This document shows, in pieces, positions 36,770 through 48,739 of a stretch of 64,000 bases of DNA. The position numbers and the translations under genes were made by a program. The stretch comes from Lama guanicoe. Its lineage: Eukaryota. How positions within the stretch are numbered: the first letter of the stretch is position 1; the number at the start of each line of letters is the position of its first letter. Under the pieces are notes generated by a model. That model ran no database searches, had not been told where the DNA came from, and saw only the letters and a list, made by a program, of their open reading frames with translations. The stretch is from the NCBI GenBank assembly GCA_013239625.1, contig MU053561.1, positions 2,868,283 to 2,932,282 of the forward strand, written 5' to 3'.

Positions 36770-37323
36770 TGTTACCGGCTGCTTGCTGCTCGAAAGCCAG
36801 TAGACGAATGTTGGACGAAAAGGAAAAGTTGCTTTATTCAGGAGGCAGGCAACCTGGGGAGAAGGTGGACCCGTGTCTAAAAACCAACTCTGAAGGTTCT
36901 CCACCATGAACGTTTTTAAAGGAAGAATCGTTTGGGGAGGGGGTCAGAGTGTCTTACTGTGTGGAGACTTTCTTCTGCTTGGTTGGTGGTGAGGTAACAG
37001 GGCAGTGCTCCAGGACTCTTGTGCTCAGCCTGAAGTTACTGTGTTCCACCTGGGTGGGGGCCTTAGTTACTGCAGAAGAGTGCAAAGATACTGTTCTGTA
37101 TGTCCCTTGAGGAGGACCCAGGACCCTGCCCCGTGTCTGCACTATTGTTTCTTGACTCCTCCTCCTTTATTTCTGCATTCCTCCCTTCCCTATTTGAATC
37201 TGCCCTTTGGAACTCAGGGCAGGTCAAGGAGGCTGAATGAAGCCTATTTCCTACAAACAAGAGTTGAGGGATGCAGAAAGGACTTATACCCGGGAAGGCC
37301 CCACAGGGTCCTGCTTGGTTTCA
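36770..37323 (-). mobile_element. ERV1-type solo LTR (copy B)
   Basis: + strand TGTTACC...GGTTTCA; perfect 4-bp TSD TAAG (36766-36769, 37324-37327); AATAAA on the minus strand at 36833-36838. Confidence 0.9.
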
Positions 37324-38029
37324 TAAGGACCATTTTTTTTTTTATTTCACTGAGAAGTTTTTGTGTATGTGTGTACTTAACAAGTAATTCTTACACTTAC
37401 TAAAAAACAAATCTGGGAGTAGAAAGGCAAATGAAATGTTCTATAATTCAAAGTAAAATGGTATGGGACAAAGACTTGAGTGATTTTTAATGGTGATCAT
37501 TCCGTCAATTGTACTTTTAAAATCTGATAACATTTTCTTAGGTGCTGCAGTGTTCTAAGGGGTCATCGGAAATGCTGATTTGGTAAATCATGTCCCTAGC
37601 TCTTCTGACCTAAATCATGGCGTGATTTGAAAGCTCCTCTCCCAGCTTCCTTTTGTCCTGTGCTGCCCGTGGCTCCAGGCTCTGCCCTTTGTGAAGGCTG
37701 CCTTCCTTCCACTGTTACAGGGACTCCTCTTCGTTGCATTTTCTTTACTCTGGATGCTGCTTCTGCTGCTTCTTATTTTAATTTTTTATTGTGGAAAATT
37801 TCAAATACAGGCTAAGGCAGAGAAAAGAGAATAATGAGCCCCAGCTCACCCATCGCCCAGTTCCAACAGTTATCAGCTCATGGCCGGTTCTGTTTCATCT
37901 GTACCCTCACCCCCTTCCCCACCCTTCCTGTATTATTTCTAGAAAATTCAGAGAACACTTACGACTGAAAACTGTTGTCTACTAAGCTGCATTTATTAGT
38001 AATGTATTTTCCCATTTAAAATGAATTTT

Positions 38030-38740
38030 CAGAATAACAAGGAGGCAACGTTTCATCCCCATCAGGTTGGTGACAGTGTAATAGTCAATTAATATTTTTG
38101 ACAAGGACATAGAACAGAAAGAATGCTTCGACATTGACCTTGGAATAGAAAATTGGTGCCCCAGTGTTGCAGAGCAGTACAGGCAGGGTCTCGTGTGACT
38201 GAAGATACCCCTAGGTGAACATTTACAAAAATATTTATTGCAGTGACATATTGGGAACCACTGAAAAGTTCACCAAGAGGAAAATGAATTTTTAAATTGT
38301 GATTAAATATAGTGAATATTCTCACAGTGGACTGTGATCTGCAGCAATCGAAATGAATTTGCTGGAGTGACATGTGTCAACAAGGATTGCCCTAAAATGT
38401 TTTGTCGAGTAAAAAAGATGCAAAAGAGTATAGATGGTGTGATGCTATTTTAAGTAGTTTTAAATCATGCAAAAACTGTGTATTGTTTTTGGATACATAC
38501 ATGTATAATAAAAGCATGAAAATGCATGAGGGTGATAAATACCAAGTTCAGGATGCTATTTCTGGGGTAAGTGGGGGTAATGGGATTGGGAAGGGAGTGA
38601 AATAGGGACCTGATCAGTGTCTGTAAAGCTTTCTTTCTTAAAAAAAAATCTAAAGCAAATGTGACTTAATATTAGGATTTGACAGTCCTGGATGTGTCCA
38701 GGTATTTATTATTCTTCATACTTTCCTGTTTGTTTTAAAT
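38030..38740 (+). mobile_element. Ancient L1ME-like 3' fragment
   Basis: Degenerate L1 3' motifs (ATATTTATTGCAG, ATACCAAGTTCAGGATGCTATTTCTGGGG), AT-rich. Confidence 0.5.
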
Positions 38741-40709
38741 GCTGCCTCATTCAGAATTAAAGAATGTGTGATTTTTCTTCATCTGGTGGTGAGCTTGAGA
38801 CGGTCACGGTGTCACGTATGTTATTGGCATCTAAACTGTGGCTAAGAAACTTAGCCAGTCCTGAGAAAATGCTTATTCTCTTTGTCATCTAAAGATACTA
38901 GATCACAGCTCCCCCTGAATGTAGTGGATTCCTAGAAATCTAAGACTCCACGTATTTTCCAGACACCTATGTTGATAGTTGGAAAAAGCCAAGTAATAAA
39001 GTCCTAATGATTTGACTTAATAAGTTTACAGAAGCAATTGCACTGTAATTTCTTTGTGCCATTGGAGAAGGCAAGGACAAAGTGAAGGGAGGAGGCCTAG
39101 GAGGAAATCCTTCCTTGCCTGTGTGTGGACTGGTCTTAGATGCAGCTTCTTTCCTCTCTTCTGTAGTTGGTTGACACCTGCACTGGAGTAGGGCAGACAG
39201 GCCTTGGAGGAGGGAGGACTTAGCTGACGAGGAGTGGTTGACTAGCTGGGTCGCAGGATTAAGGGCCCATCTTTGGTGAGACAGACCCTTTGAGACCTGG
39301 TTCCTTCATCTTCATCTCTGCTCACTACCCACCTCCGCTCATGCTCCCCTTCCTGCCAGAGCCCACCCCGGCCCTCTCTGTGAACTCACTCTTGGGCCTC
39401 TGGCCTCTGGCCTTGCACATGCCCTGTCTTCCCACGTGGCATGAGTGTCTCCCCATACCTGTCCCTGGGCTGCCTGCCCAACCCAGGCTTCCCAAGACTC
39501 AGACCCAGGTGATCTCTGTACAGTGCCCTCCCGGGCTCCCCAGTCTGACTCTGCCTCCCGCAGGACCTGTGCAGTTGGCTCCTTGTCTGGTTGGTGCTTA
39601 ATTCCACACTCATCTCCCTCCCTATGACTTTTTCTGGGCTGTGATGCAAGTGGAATGGTTCAGAGCACTGACTCCACATGTGCCCTCTGCAGATTATTTA
39701 ACCTCTCGGTGCCACACTCATCTGCAGTGTTGTTGACGTCAGGGTTGAACGCTGTTCGGTGGATAAGGCGTTGAGAGCAGGGCCCGGCAGGACTCAGTGC
39801 TGTGAGAGTTGGCTGGTGCTGCTACCATCATTTTCCCGTTCCCTTCCCCTCTTTTTTTCCATTCTTCCTTCTCTTCTTCTTCCTTTCCTCCCTCCTCTTT
39901 CTTTTTCATCGTTTAACTCCTCAACACTGGAAGGTTGAAAACATTGGAAGCAAAACCTATAGGTGTGAATGACTCACGGCAAGCTTGGGGGAAAAGGCAC
40001 ATTTTGGGAGTCGGATTAGATAGCTGGGTCGGGGGGAGGCCAGAATTTGGAAGCCTTGAGTACCAAGAGGAGGACTTTGGACTGGAAGGGATTGGCAGAG
40101 TGGAGGCCCTGGACCTTTGTTCGTGTGGTGGAGAACTGCCATGGGAGACGTGTGTGGCAGTGAGTTCGGGGTGGACCAGCCGGGGTGGAGGGAGAGGGCG
40201 GCAGTAGGAAACAAGTTTTAATATATGCTAAAGACCTTTAAGATTAAAGTGAAGACTGCCTGGACAGGACTGCTGGTGGTAGTGTGAGCAGAGATGAGGA
40301 CGAAGGAACAGGACAAGTTCTGGTGGGAAGAAAGCAGGGCTCAGATGCAGAGGTAAAGGGGCGGAGATGCAGCCTATGGCTCCGAGATTTCTTGCCAATT
40401 AGGTGGCAGGCTGCCTTCCCAACAAGCGGGAAGGCAGCTGTGGTAACACTTTAAAAAAAATTATTTTTATTTTTAATATGTGTGGAATGGCTTGGGATTT
40501 GGCATCAAATTGGTGTATCTATTGAGAATACCTACTGTGGATGCCGGCAGGAGGCACCGTGCTCTCTTACACTTGCAGGCAGAACATGGGCAGGGACGTA
40601 ACGTGCCAGGCATCGTCATCAGAGCTCTCCTGCTGGGTTAGGTGTTGTAGGATTCTGTCCTTAACCTTCCTGCACTTCCCTAGTCTGTTTTTTTGTTTTT
40701 CCTTAAAAG

Positions 40710-40833
40710 ATTTTTTTTCTTTTTTAAAAAAATTATTTATTTATCTAATGGTGGTACTGGGGATTGAACCCAGGACTTTGTGGATGCTAAGCATGCACTC
40801 TACTACTGAGCTATACCCTCCCACCCCACCCCC
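40710..40833 (-). mobile_element. tRNA-Ala-derived SINE
   Basis: + strand GGTACTGGGGATTGAACCCAGGAC...ATGCTAAGCATGCACTCTACTACTGAGCTATACCCTCCC preceded by a T-rich tail. Confidence 0.85.
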
Positions 40834-42802
40834 TGAGTGCGTTTTGATGAAGGTAGAGGTCATACTCATCCAAACCATTTAGAGTCATTAACAGGGGTAA
40901 ATGGAAGGTTCTGAATCCAGCTGTCCAAGTGTGGGAGGGGGAGACTGTGGGAAGGATGGAAGGTTTTAGCTTGCAGGCGTCAATCATGTGATGTGGCCAC
41001 CAAACGAAGCTGTCTTGTCCGCACGAAAGGAAATTTGGTGCCTAGAACCAGGAGGTGATGGGCTGCTTGTCCTGTGCTGATCAGATCACACGTAGGAAGT
41101 GGCATGACATTCTGGACCACACACTTGGAGGGACAGCGGCAAACTAGAGCCTTTTTGTAAGAAACGGAAAGGAACTGAATCTGTGTCACATGTACAGCCG
41201 TGAAAGGTCTCCGGTTGTTCAGGCTGCGGAGGAGAAGCTTCAGAGCTTCCAGAAGGCATGCTCCTTGAGGCCAAGATTGTTCCTGTGCATCCTGTGCATC
41301 CTGAGCTTTAGGGCCTGCTTCAGTGTCTGGTGCCTAGAACGTGTTGTTTTTGCCCATTGAATAGATAAATAAGAGACTGGCCTTTCCTGTGTTCAGGACC
41401 CCAGAGCCCAATTTCATTTAAAAGTAAAGAACTTTCTAATAACGCTTCCCCACCTGGGCTACCATCAGCGGCCATGTGCCTCTGCTGGGGGATGCCTGCG
41501 GGTCCAGGGAGTCGAGCTTAGGTGAGTGGTTAGACCAGTGGGCCCCCAAAATCTCTCATTCTTTATGTGAGTCAGGACTTTTTGGTGGAGGAGAGTAAGG
41601 GGGGTGGGTAAAAAAAATCTGTGATCACTGAGGGTGGCCGGGAGCAGGTAGATTTGTAAATGAATCTGCTAGCAAATTTACTTACAAGGGCATACTCCAC
41701 CCCCATGCTTTTTATAATTTCTAGATAAAATGCCCTAATTTGAAATAGCATCAAGTAGAACTTAAGTTAATAGTGTGAATTGCAGTCCCATCTGCTCGGC
41801 TTCACGGACCAGTAGATTTGCAGAGCCATTTGTCACAATTTGTTTTAAAGCCAGGAAGAAAAATACTCCTGGATGCTGTCCAGAACTTCTCGTGGAGATG
41901 CTGTCTTTGGAATGTGGAAAGGGTGGGTGGTGAGAAAGCTACCCGCTTGGGCAGAGGCGGGCCATGTGCTGGGAGGCAAGAGACGGGGGTTCCAGTTTCC
42001 CTCCCTGGCTTGCTGGTGACCTTGGGGGAATCACGCAACCTCTCGGGTCTCTCAGTGCCTGGTGTGGAGGGGCCCGGCAGACCTCAGCTTCTCCACGTCA
42101 GGGCTGGGCTGAGTGATTGCTCATTCTTTCATTCATTCAGCTAGTATTTTTGAGCTCCTGGTACGTGCCAGGCACTGTTCTCGAAGCTGGAGATTCAGCA
42201 ATATGAATGCTTTTTCTAGATCTAAGACCTAGGATGCTGAGAACATCACCATCCATTTCATTAATGTTACTGGAGAGCAGCGCTTCCTCCAGGCGTAAGA
42301 ACCATCTGCCGGGAAAACTGTTCTGAGCTTGGGGAAAGTTGTCACCAGCCTTTCTGCCGAAGTGCCTGAAGCCTAACAGGGAATGAGGGCCGACTCAGAA
42401 GTGCATGAGAATCAAGCCATGAAGACTTGGGTAGCTGAACAGATACTTCTAAAAGCACGTTTGAGCACAGAAGGAATTGTAAGCCTGGTATGGGGCGTTC
42501 TTCCCAGGAAAGACGCCTATGGGGTGGGGTTCTCAGCAGGATGAGGGGTCCTGCTTTGTTCAAGGAGAGGCTGAGGGAGTCCTTGGAGTCGGGTGGAGGG
42601 TGATGTGAGCACCTGTGAGGAGGGGCGTTATTCTGCAGAGAGGAGGTGCACAGAAGGGGGGTTCTGGGAGAGGAACCAGTCAATCCGTCCCACAGGCATA
42701 CCCGGACACCTGCCGTCTAAAGTGCAGAGGGCACACAGAGGTGCGTAAGGCTCTGACTTAAGGTTCCCCGAGGCAGGCGAGTGCGGAGATAAATTTCAGT
42801 GC

Positions 42803-43137
42803 TGCGCAGGCGCACCACCCAAGGACTGGCTGCCTAAGGGGGCAAGAAAGGCTTCCCAGAAGAGATGACAAAAGTGTGGCAAGGGGTTGGTTAGGCGTGG
42901 GGTAGAGTAAAGGCCACGCCAGGGGAAGAGCCTGGCCATCTTTCCGAGTTTACCTTCGTGTTGGGATGCGCAGGCGCACCACCCAAGGAGAGGGTGACTG
43001 GCTGCCTAAGGGGGCAAGAAAGGCTTCCCAGAAGAGATGACAAAAGTGTGGCAAGGGGTTGGTTAGGCGTGGGGTAGAGTAAAGGCCACGCCAGGGGAAG
43101 AGCCTGGCCATCTTTCCGAGTTTACCTTCGTGTTGGG
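42803..43137. repeat. Two-copy tandem duplication (163 bp and 171 bp)
   Basis: 42803-42965 and 42967-43137 are identical apart from an 8-bp indel (GAGGGTGA), with a 1-bp spacer. Confidence 0.95.
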
Positions 43138-43724
43138 GGTGGAGGCCGGAGACCCCATAACCAGATGTTTGTTTGATTCTTGGACTGATGGAGGACATAC
43201 TACTTAGTGCCCCGAAAAGGGGATGGCTGTCACCATGTTTGAGGATGAGGATTCTTGGTGCTTAAACTGCCCCAGGTCTTTTCTGGAACATCGTGGGCAT
43301 AAAACAGACAAGCAGGATAGTCCTTCCTGCTCTCTGGAAAGGGGGAGGGCAGGGAGGTGGCTGATGCAGCCCCAGGGGCACAGGCCTGGGAGAGTGGACG
43401 GGGATGTGTGTGCAGGGAGGCGAGGAAGGATGGGGGTTACTATGAATACGCCGAGTTGAGGGACAGGTCCATGAGTGAGGGTGGACTTAAGCAGAGAGAG
43501 GATGGACTCCGCTAAGCCGGGAGGAGAGCTGAGGAGGGCAGACACCAGTGGGAGAGTTTTGGAGAACTAGGCATTATGGGCAGACACAATTGATTTATTG
43601 AAACAAATTTCTGGAATTGGCAACGTGAAGGCTTGGTCGGGCTCAGTGCCTCAAGCCCAGTAAGAAGCGGAACCTGCAGGGAGCCTGCAGTGGGGTGTTG
43701 GGGCTGTGCTGCTTACAGGCGGGT

Positions 43725-44215
43725 TGTCAGTGACCTCGTGCTGTGCAACCAGTCACCCCAGATCTCAGTGGCTTAAAACAAAAGTTACCTTCTTCTCCTT
43801 CAGGAAGCTACAGCCCCAGGGAAGATGCACCTGGTGGTCCTGGCTCAGTGTCTGTGATGTGGCGGCAGACAGCCTATGCCTGGGGCTGAGCCACTAGCAA
43901 GCGGAGCTGTGGGGCTGCCATCTAATTGTCTTCCCAGGGTCACTCCTGTGGGCTGGCTTGGGTTTCTCAGTATGGTGGGCTCAGAGCAGTCAGGCTCTCA
44001 GAGCTCCAAGTGAGTGTCCCAAAAGGGCCAGGCAGAAGCCTTTTGTGACCTAGCCTTCATGTCACAGAGGGTCACTGCTGCCACCATCATAGGCCCACCC
44101 AGATTCAAGGGGAGGAAATGCAAATCCCGTCTCTCAATGGGACAATGTCAAAGTCACATTATAAGCAGAGCTTACGGGATGGGAGATAGTGTTGCAGCCA
44201 GCTTTGGGACACACA
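43725..44215 (-). mobile_element. MaLR (MLT1-like) LTR
   Basis: CACCCCAGATCTCAGTGGCTTAAAACAA; TTTTGTGACCTAGCCT; CCCAGATTCAAGGGGAGG. Confidence 0.6.
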
Positions 44216-44855
44216 CCTTGGCTCACGTGGAGAAATCACAGGAATGGATGGGCTGCCCAGCAGAGTGATTACAGGCAGAGGGGAGTGAGGGCACCGCCTG
44301 GGGTTTGGTGGGCAGCCTGAGTCACGGGGCAGGAGGCAGGAAGGGGATGCAGCCAGTGACTGAAGAGATGTGGGCAGGGATGGAGGAGGAGACCCTGATG
44401 TTCTGGGCCCAGAGCCGGGCTTGCTTTGGGAGCTCGAGGCAGATGTAAACAGTGAGGACAGGAGAGAGGTAGGTTTTGGCCCGGACCACGTGGCTCTTGT
44501 TTAAGCAGTAGTTTTCGTCACTCGCTTGAGCCCTCTGCCTCCCCTCTCCCTCACATGCCCCATTTCCCCCTTTGATTTCTAAATGACATTTCATTAAGAG
44601 AATTTTTAAGTTTCTTTGTCTTTTTTGTTTGTTTTCCTGTTTTATTTTGGCATGGCATGTATTTTTATTCATTTTTTCATTATTTCATTATTCATTTTAT
44701 TCATTTATTTTTGAATAGGTAAAGCACAAATGCATTTAATTTAAAAGGGTAGCTTAGGATGTAGACAGTGAAAATTAAGTCAGCTTCTCACCCCATCACC
44801 CAAGAGGTCGCTGATGTTCCCGGTTTCATACTATCCTTCAAAAAGTATTCTCTCA

Positions 44856-45149
44856 ATGAACTTGTTTATGAAACAGAAAGGAAGTCACAGACATAGAGAA
44901 CAAACTTATGGTTACCAGAGGGGAAAGGGTTGGGGGAGGGATAAATTAGGATTTGGGGATTAGCAGATACAAACTGCTATACATAAAATAGACAAACAAG
45001 GTCCTGATGTATAGCACAGGGAACTACATTCAATGTCTTGTCATAACCTATAATGAAAAAGAATATATATACATGTATAACTGAATCACTATGCTGTACA
45101 CCAGAAACTAACACAACACTGTAAATCAACTAAACTTCAATTTAAAAAA
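44856..45149 (+). mobile_element. Cetartiodactyl-type L1 3' end
   Basis: CACAGACATAGAGAACAAACTTATGGTTACC...TATAGCACAGGGAACTA...TATAACTGAATCACTATGCTGTACACCAGAAACTAACACAAC then an A-tail. Confidence 0.85.
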
Positions 45150-46352
45150 ATATGTATATATTCTGTGTTGCTGCTGTTATGTGGATGTGGGCTCCTGCTC
45201 TCTGGCCTCTGGTTTCAGCCTCCATGACACAGGGCGGTGCTTCCCTGGCCAGGACCTCCTCTCCAGACCAATTCACCCACCTTCCTGAGAAACCAGGGCC
45301 ACAGACTCAGGGCTAACCTCAGCCCTGGGTCTGGTTCAAGCTTTTCTGAGCCTGTAATTTTAAATGTTGCTTGTAATTCAAGTCAGATTCCTTCCATGTT
45401 GGTTCTTCCTTTCTGCCTTGTATGATTTCTGAGTGTTCTTTTACTCCCGAGAGCATGATTCTGATGGTTTTTTGTTCTGTCATCTACACGTGCAAGCCCC
45501 TGACAGAGGAAAACATATATAATTAGAGTCCCAGGGCTTTGAAGTTTGGTTATCACACAATCACAGAATGTGAAATGGGACTTTAAGGACTGTGTAAACG
45601 TTTTCCCTTTTTGGTTTTGGTTTTGGTTTAAAACAAAATTTTTAAAGTGTTGCATGTAGGGAATTCAGCACGAGAGAGAAACTAAAATATTATATAAAGC
45701 CCCTCCCCTCCCCCACCCAATCCACAAAAACCCCAAACCAGCTCTGCTGCACTTCCTGGGGTGGGTGGTGCCCTGCTGAGATACCACCCCCCCCACCCTG
45801 CCCCATTTCCTGGAGCAGGCCTTGGGAAGCACCCGGCCCAGCTCCGGACAGGAACGCGTGAACCCAGGATACTCCATGTGGTTCGGGCACTGGGACGTTA
45901 GTGCTGCGCCCAGGCCTGGGGCCGACTTCTCCTTAGCTGGCCTACAAAGGGGCAGACTGCAGCAGAACCCTGCACAGTACCCAAAATGCAGCTCGTGGGA
46001 AACCCAGGGCTGTGACTCTGCAGTGCGCAACATCGATCCGGAGCGTTTGAGGCTATTTTTTCTCCCTAAGTGTCCACGAAATCCATTACTTTACAAGGAG
46101 CCTGTCAGGGATGGCTGCAGTGAAGAAACGCTCCACTCTGGTCCCAGGGCTGCCTCCTCCTTCTGGAACTTTGCCTTAGCAAGTGAATCAAATACTCTGT
46201 AAACATACTAATGTCTCCCTCCCCCCGCATGGGGAGTTAAAACTTTCTCACAGCCCCTTTCTATCTGTTGCTTCACCTGTTCCTCACTGCAGCAGTTTAT
46301 TCTCTGGATTTGGCTGGAGGTTCTATAGCAAGGATTTAAACAGCAGCTTCTT

Positions 46353-46489
46353 GAGGGGAGAATGTAGCTCAAACAGTGGAGTGCATGCTTAATAAGCATA
46401 AGGTCCTGGGTTCAAGCCCTGGTACCTCCTCTAAAAATGAATAAACTTAATTACCTCCCTCTACCCCAAAATTAATTAATTAAAAAAAA
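46353..46489 (+). mobile_element. tRNA-Ala-derived SINE with perfect 16-bp TSD
   Basis: Head GGGGAGAATGTAGCTCAA...GGTCCTGGGTTCAAGCCC, tail TAATTACCTCCC; TSD TAAACAGCAGCTTCTT at 46337-46352 and 46490-46505. Confidence 0.9.
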
Positions 46490-47747
46490 TAAACAGCAGC
46501 TTCTTTACCCCTAAAAAGCACACCCCCCTGCCCCCACCATTGCACTGAGGCCTGCTCTGGTGGGTTAATCCTGTCAGGCCAGGGCACCTCTGACTTAATG
46601 AATACAATCTCTCTTTTCCCCCCTGGAGCATGGATTGCCTTTAAAGTCCCTCCTAACTCGGGGAGACAGAAAGCTATGGCAGAAAAAGGATTGCCTGGCA
46701 GGATTAAAAACTAATCTTTCAGCATCCACGTGCCCATTTGCTTTCCTTTCTGCCTGCGAGGCCCCTCATTCAGCACGCTGTGTAGTTAGTTATTCCACAG
46801 TTATCTTGAAAGTGGTTCCTGAGATGCTGTTTGAATCCCGGAGAATATGTCACCATTCAATGACAGTCCTGGGAGATGCTGACAGCCCCCACTCATCGCC
46901 ACACCAGATGCGTATCTCGTCTGGCCCAACACAAAAGGCACCTGACAGATAACTCCAGTCATCAGCGCTAGGCTTGGTGGAGGCCTTTGGGGACGGTCAG
47001 CGTTTTCTGTATTTAAATGTGCAGCTCCACCCCAGTGATGACCTTCACAAGTACATGTCGTCAGAGCTGCGGTCATTTTCTATTTTGAACATCTTGGTTG
47101 TCTTTCCTCTCTTTCCTCAACCAAGCCTTCCTTGATTGAGTTGTGTGAGTCTGGGGTCCTTGACTGCTTTCCAGGAACGGGCTCTGCCCTTGGTGACTTC
47201 TGCTACGACTTGACCTTTGTGGTGACAAGGCCCACATGGGAGCTGCCGGGTGGGCAGCTGATGGAGACCTTGAAGAGGACTGAGTGCCAGGGCTCCTCCC
47301 ATCTGAGTGCGTGCCATCCATCAGCTGCATGACTGACCTCTGCTCTCTCTGTCCTGCTGAGGGCTGGCCGGAAGAGAGGCTTCCTAGCTGCACATGGTGG
47401 GCTGGTCTAGAGAGTTGGATGGGCCCAGGGAATAAATTCTCACTCCAGTGATGCCCTCATCAACCTCCCCCCAAGCCTGCCCCTCCTCTGTCCCCATTCT
47501 GCACACCTACCCAGTCGCCCAGGGTCTGGGATTTGTTCTGGGCAGCTCCCTAGATAGCCCTGTGCACACTTGACCTCTGACGTCATTTCCTTAGCATCTC
47601 TTCTGCCAGACCACCTCCCTCCACCCCCAGTACTCTGCTCTAGTTGGGGCCTCAACAGCTCCCACCTGGACCACTGCAGGAACTTCTGCTGGGGTCCCTT
47701 TCCCATCATTCCTGCCAGAACCATCTTCCTGAGACATGATTCAGAAT

Positions 47748-47837
47748 ATAGATAGATTGATAGATAGACAGACAGACAGACAGATGGATAGATGGATGGA
47801 TAGACGGATGGATGGAGGGATAGATAGATAGATAGAT
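47748..47837. repeat. Compound (GATA)n/(GACA)n/(GATG)n microsatellite
   Basis: ATAGATAGATTGATAGATAGACAGACAGACAGACAGATGGATAGATGGATGG...GATAGATAGATAGATAGATA. Confidence 0.9.
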
Positions 47838-48722
47838 ATTCTGTTATCTCTACCCATCAATGGCTTTCCATTGCCCATGATCTGTGGGCTAAAGCCCCTT
47901 TAGCATGGTACCTTGATCTGCCCCTTTCTGCTGCTTCCTCTTAGTCTTCCTTTACCCCTCGGTGCCCCCTGCACCTGTCAATGGCAAACTGCTGCAGTGC
48001 TCTGGCCCCTCCAGCTGCCCCATGCTGCTCTGCATTCACTCAGGCTGCTCTGTGCTGAGATCCTGCGATGATGTGTCCTCCTGCCCTCACCCAGCAGGGA
48101 TGCCCACTCCTCCTAATTAAAACCTGGCTCAAGGGAGCTCCCTTCTCTGAAGCCTTTCCTGACTTCCCCGATTAGGAAGGAGGGATGCTTGCCCCAAGTC
48201 TTTCAAGTGTCCTTCACAGTGCCACAAGCACGTTGCAGCCTCCATTTACACATCTGTCTCCCACTCCTGGGCTGTGAGGATTTGTCTGTACAGCCCCTGG
48301 CAAAGAAAAGGTACAATCACTATTTGTGGAATGAATGAAAAAGGAGCTTGCAGTCAGAGACAGTGGGTGGTGGTGCTGGTTCTGCATCCATGGGGACACG
48401 GAATCTCTCTGAGCCTCAGTTTGCTCATCTCATCTGTAAAATGGGGGCCGTCTACTTCTCTGACAAGATGGCTGTGAGGTTAAAATGAGAAGACACTGGT
48501 GAAAAGGCCAGTGTGGTGCAGGTTTGGCGAGTGCCTGGAGCTGAGCAGGGGCTCGGTCCTTGTTTCCCGTTTCACCTGACAGCTGGGAGAGCACCTGCAT
48601 TTCAGGATGGTGGATCTCATCACTGCCTTGTACCTTCTGTCTCCTTTCTGAGAGGGCTTCTCATCTGGCCCCTCATTAGGAGGGCGTGCCTGGGGAGTGC
48701 CTCACAGCAGGAGGACTGGGTT

Positions 48723-48739
48723 TGCCACCAGGGGGCAGA
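48723..48739 (+). promoter_or_regulatory. Candidate CTCF site
   Basis: TGCCACCAGGGGGCAGA fits the CTCF core CCASYAGRKGGCRS; motif match only. Confidence 0.45.
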
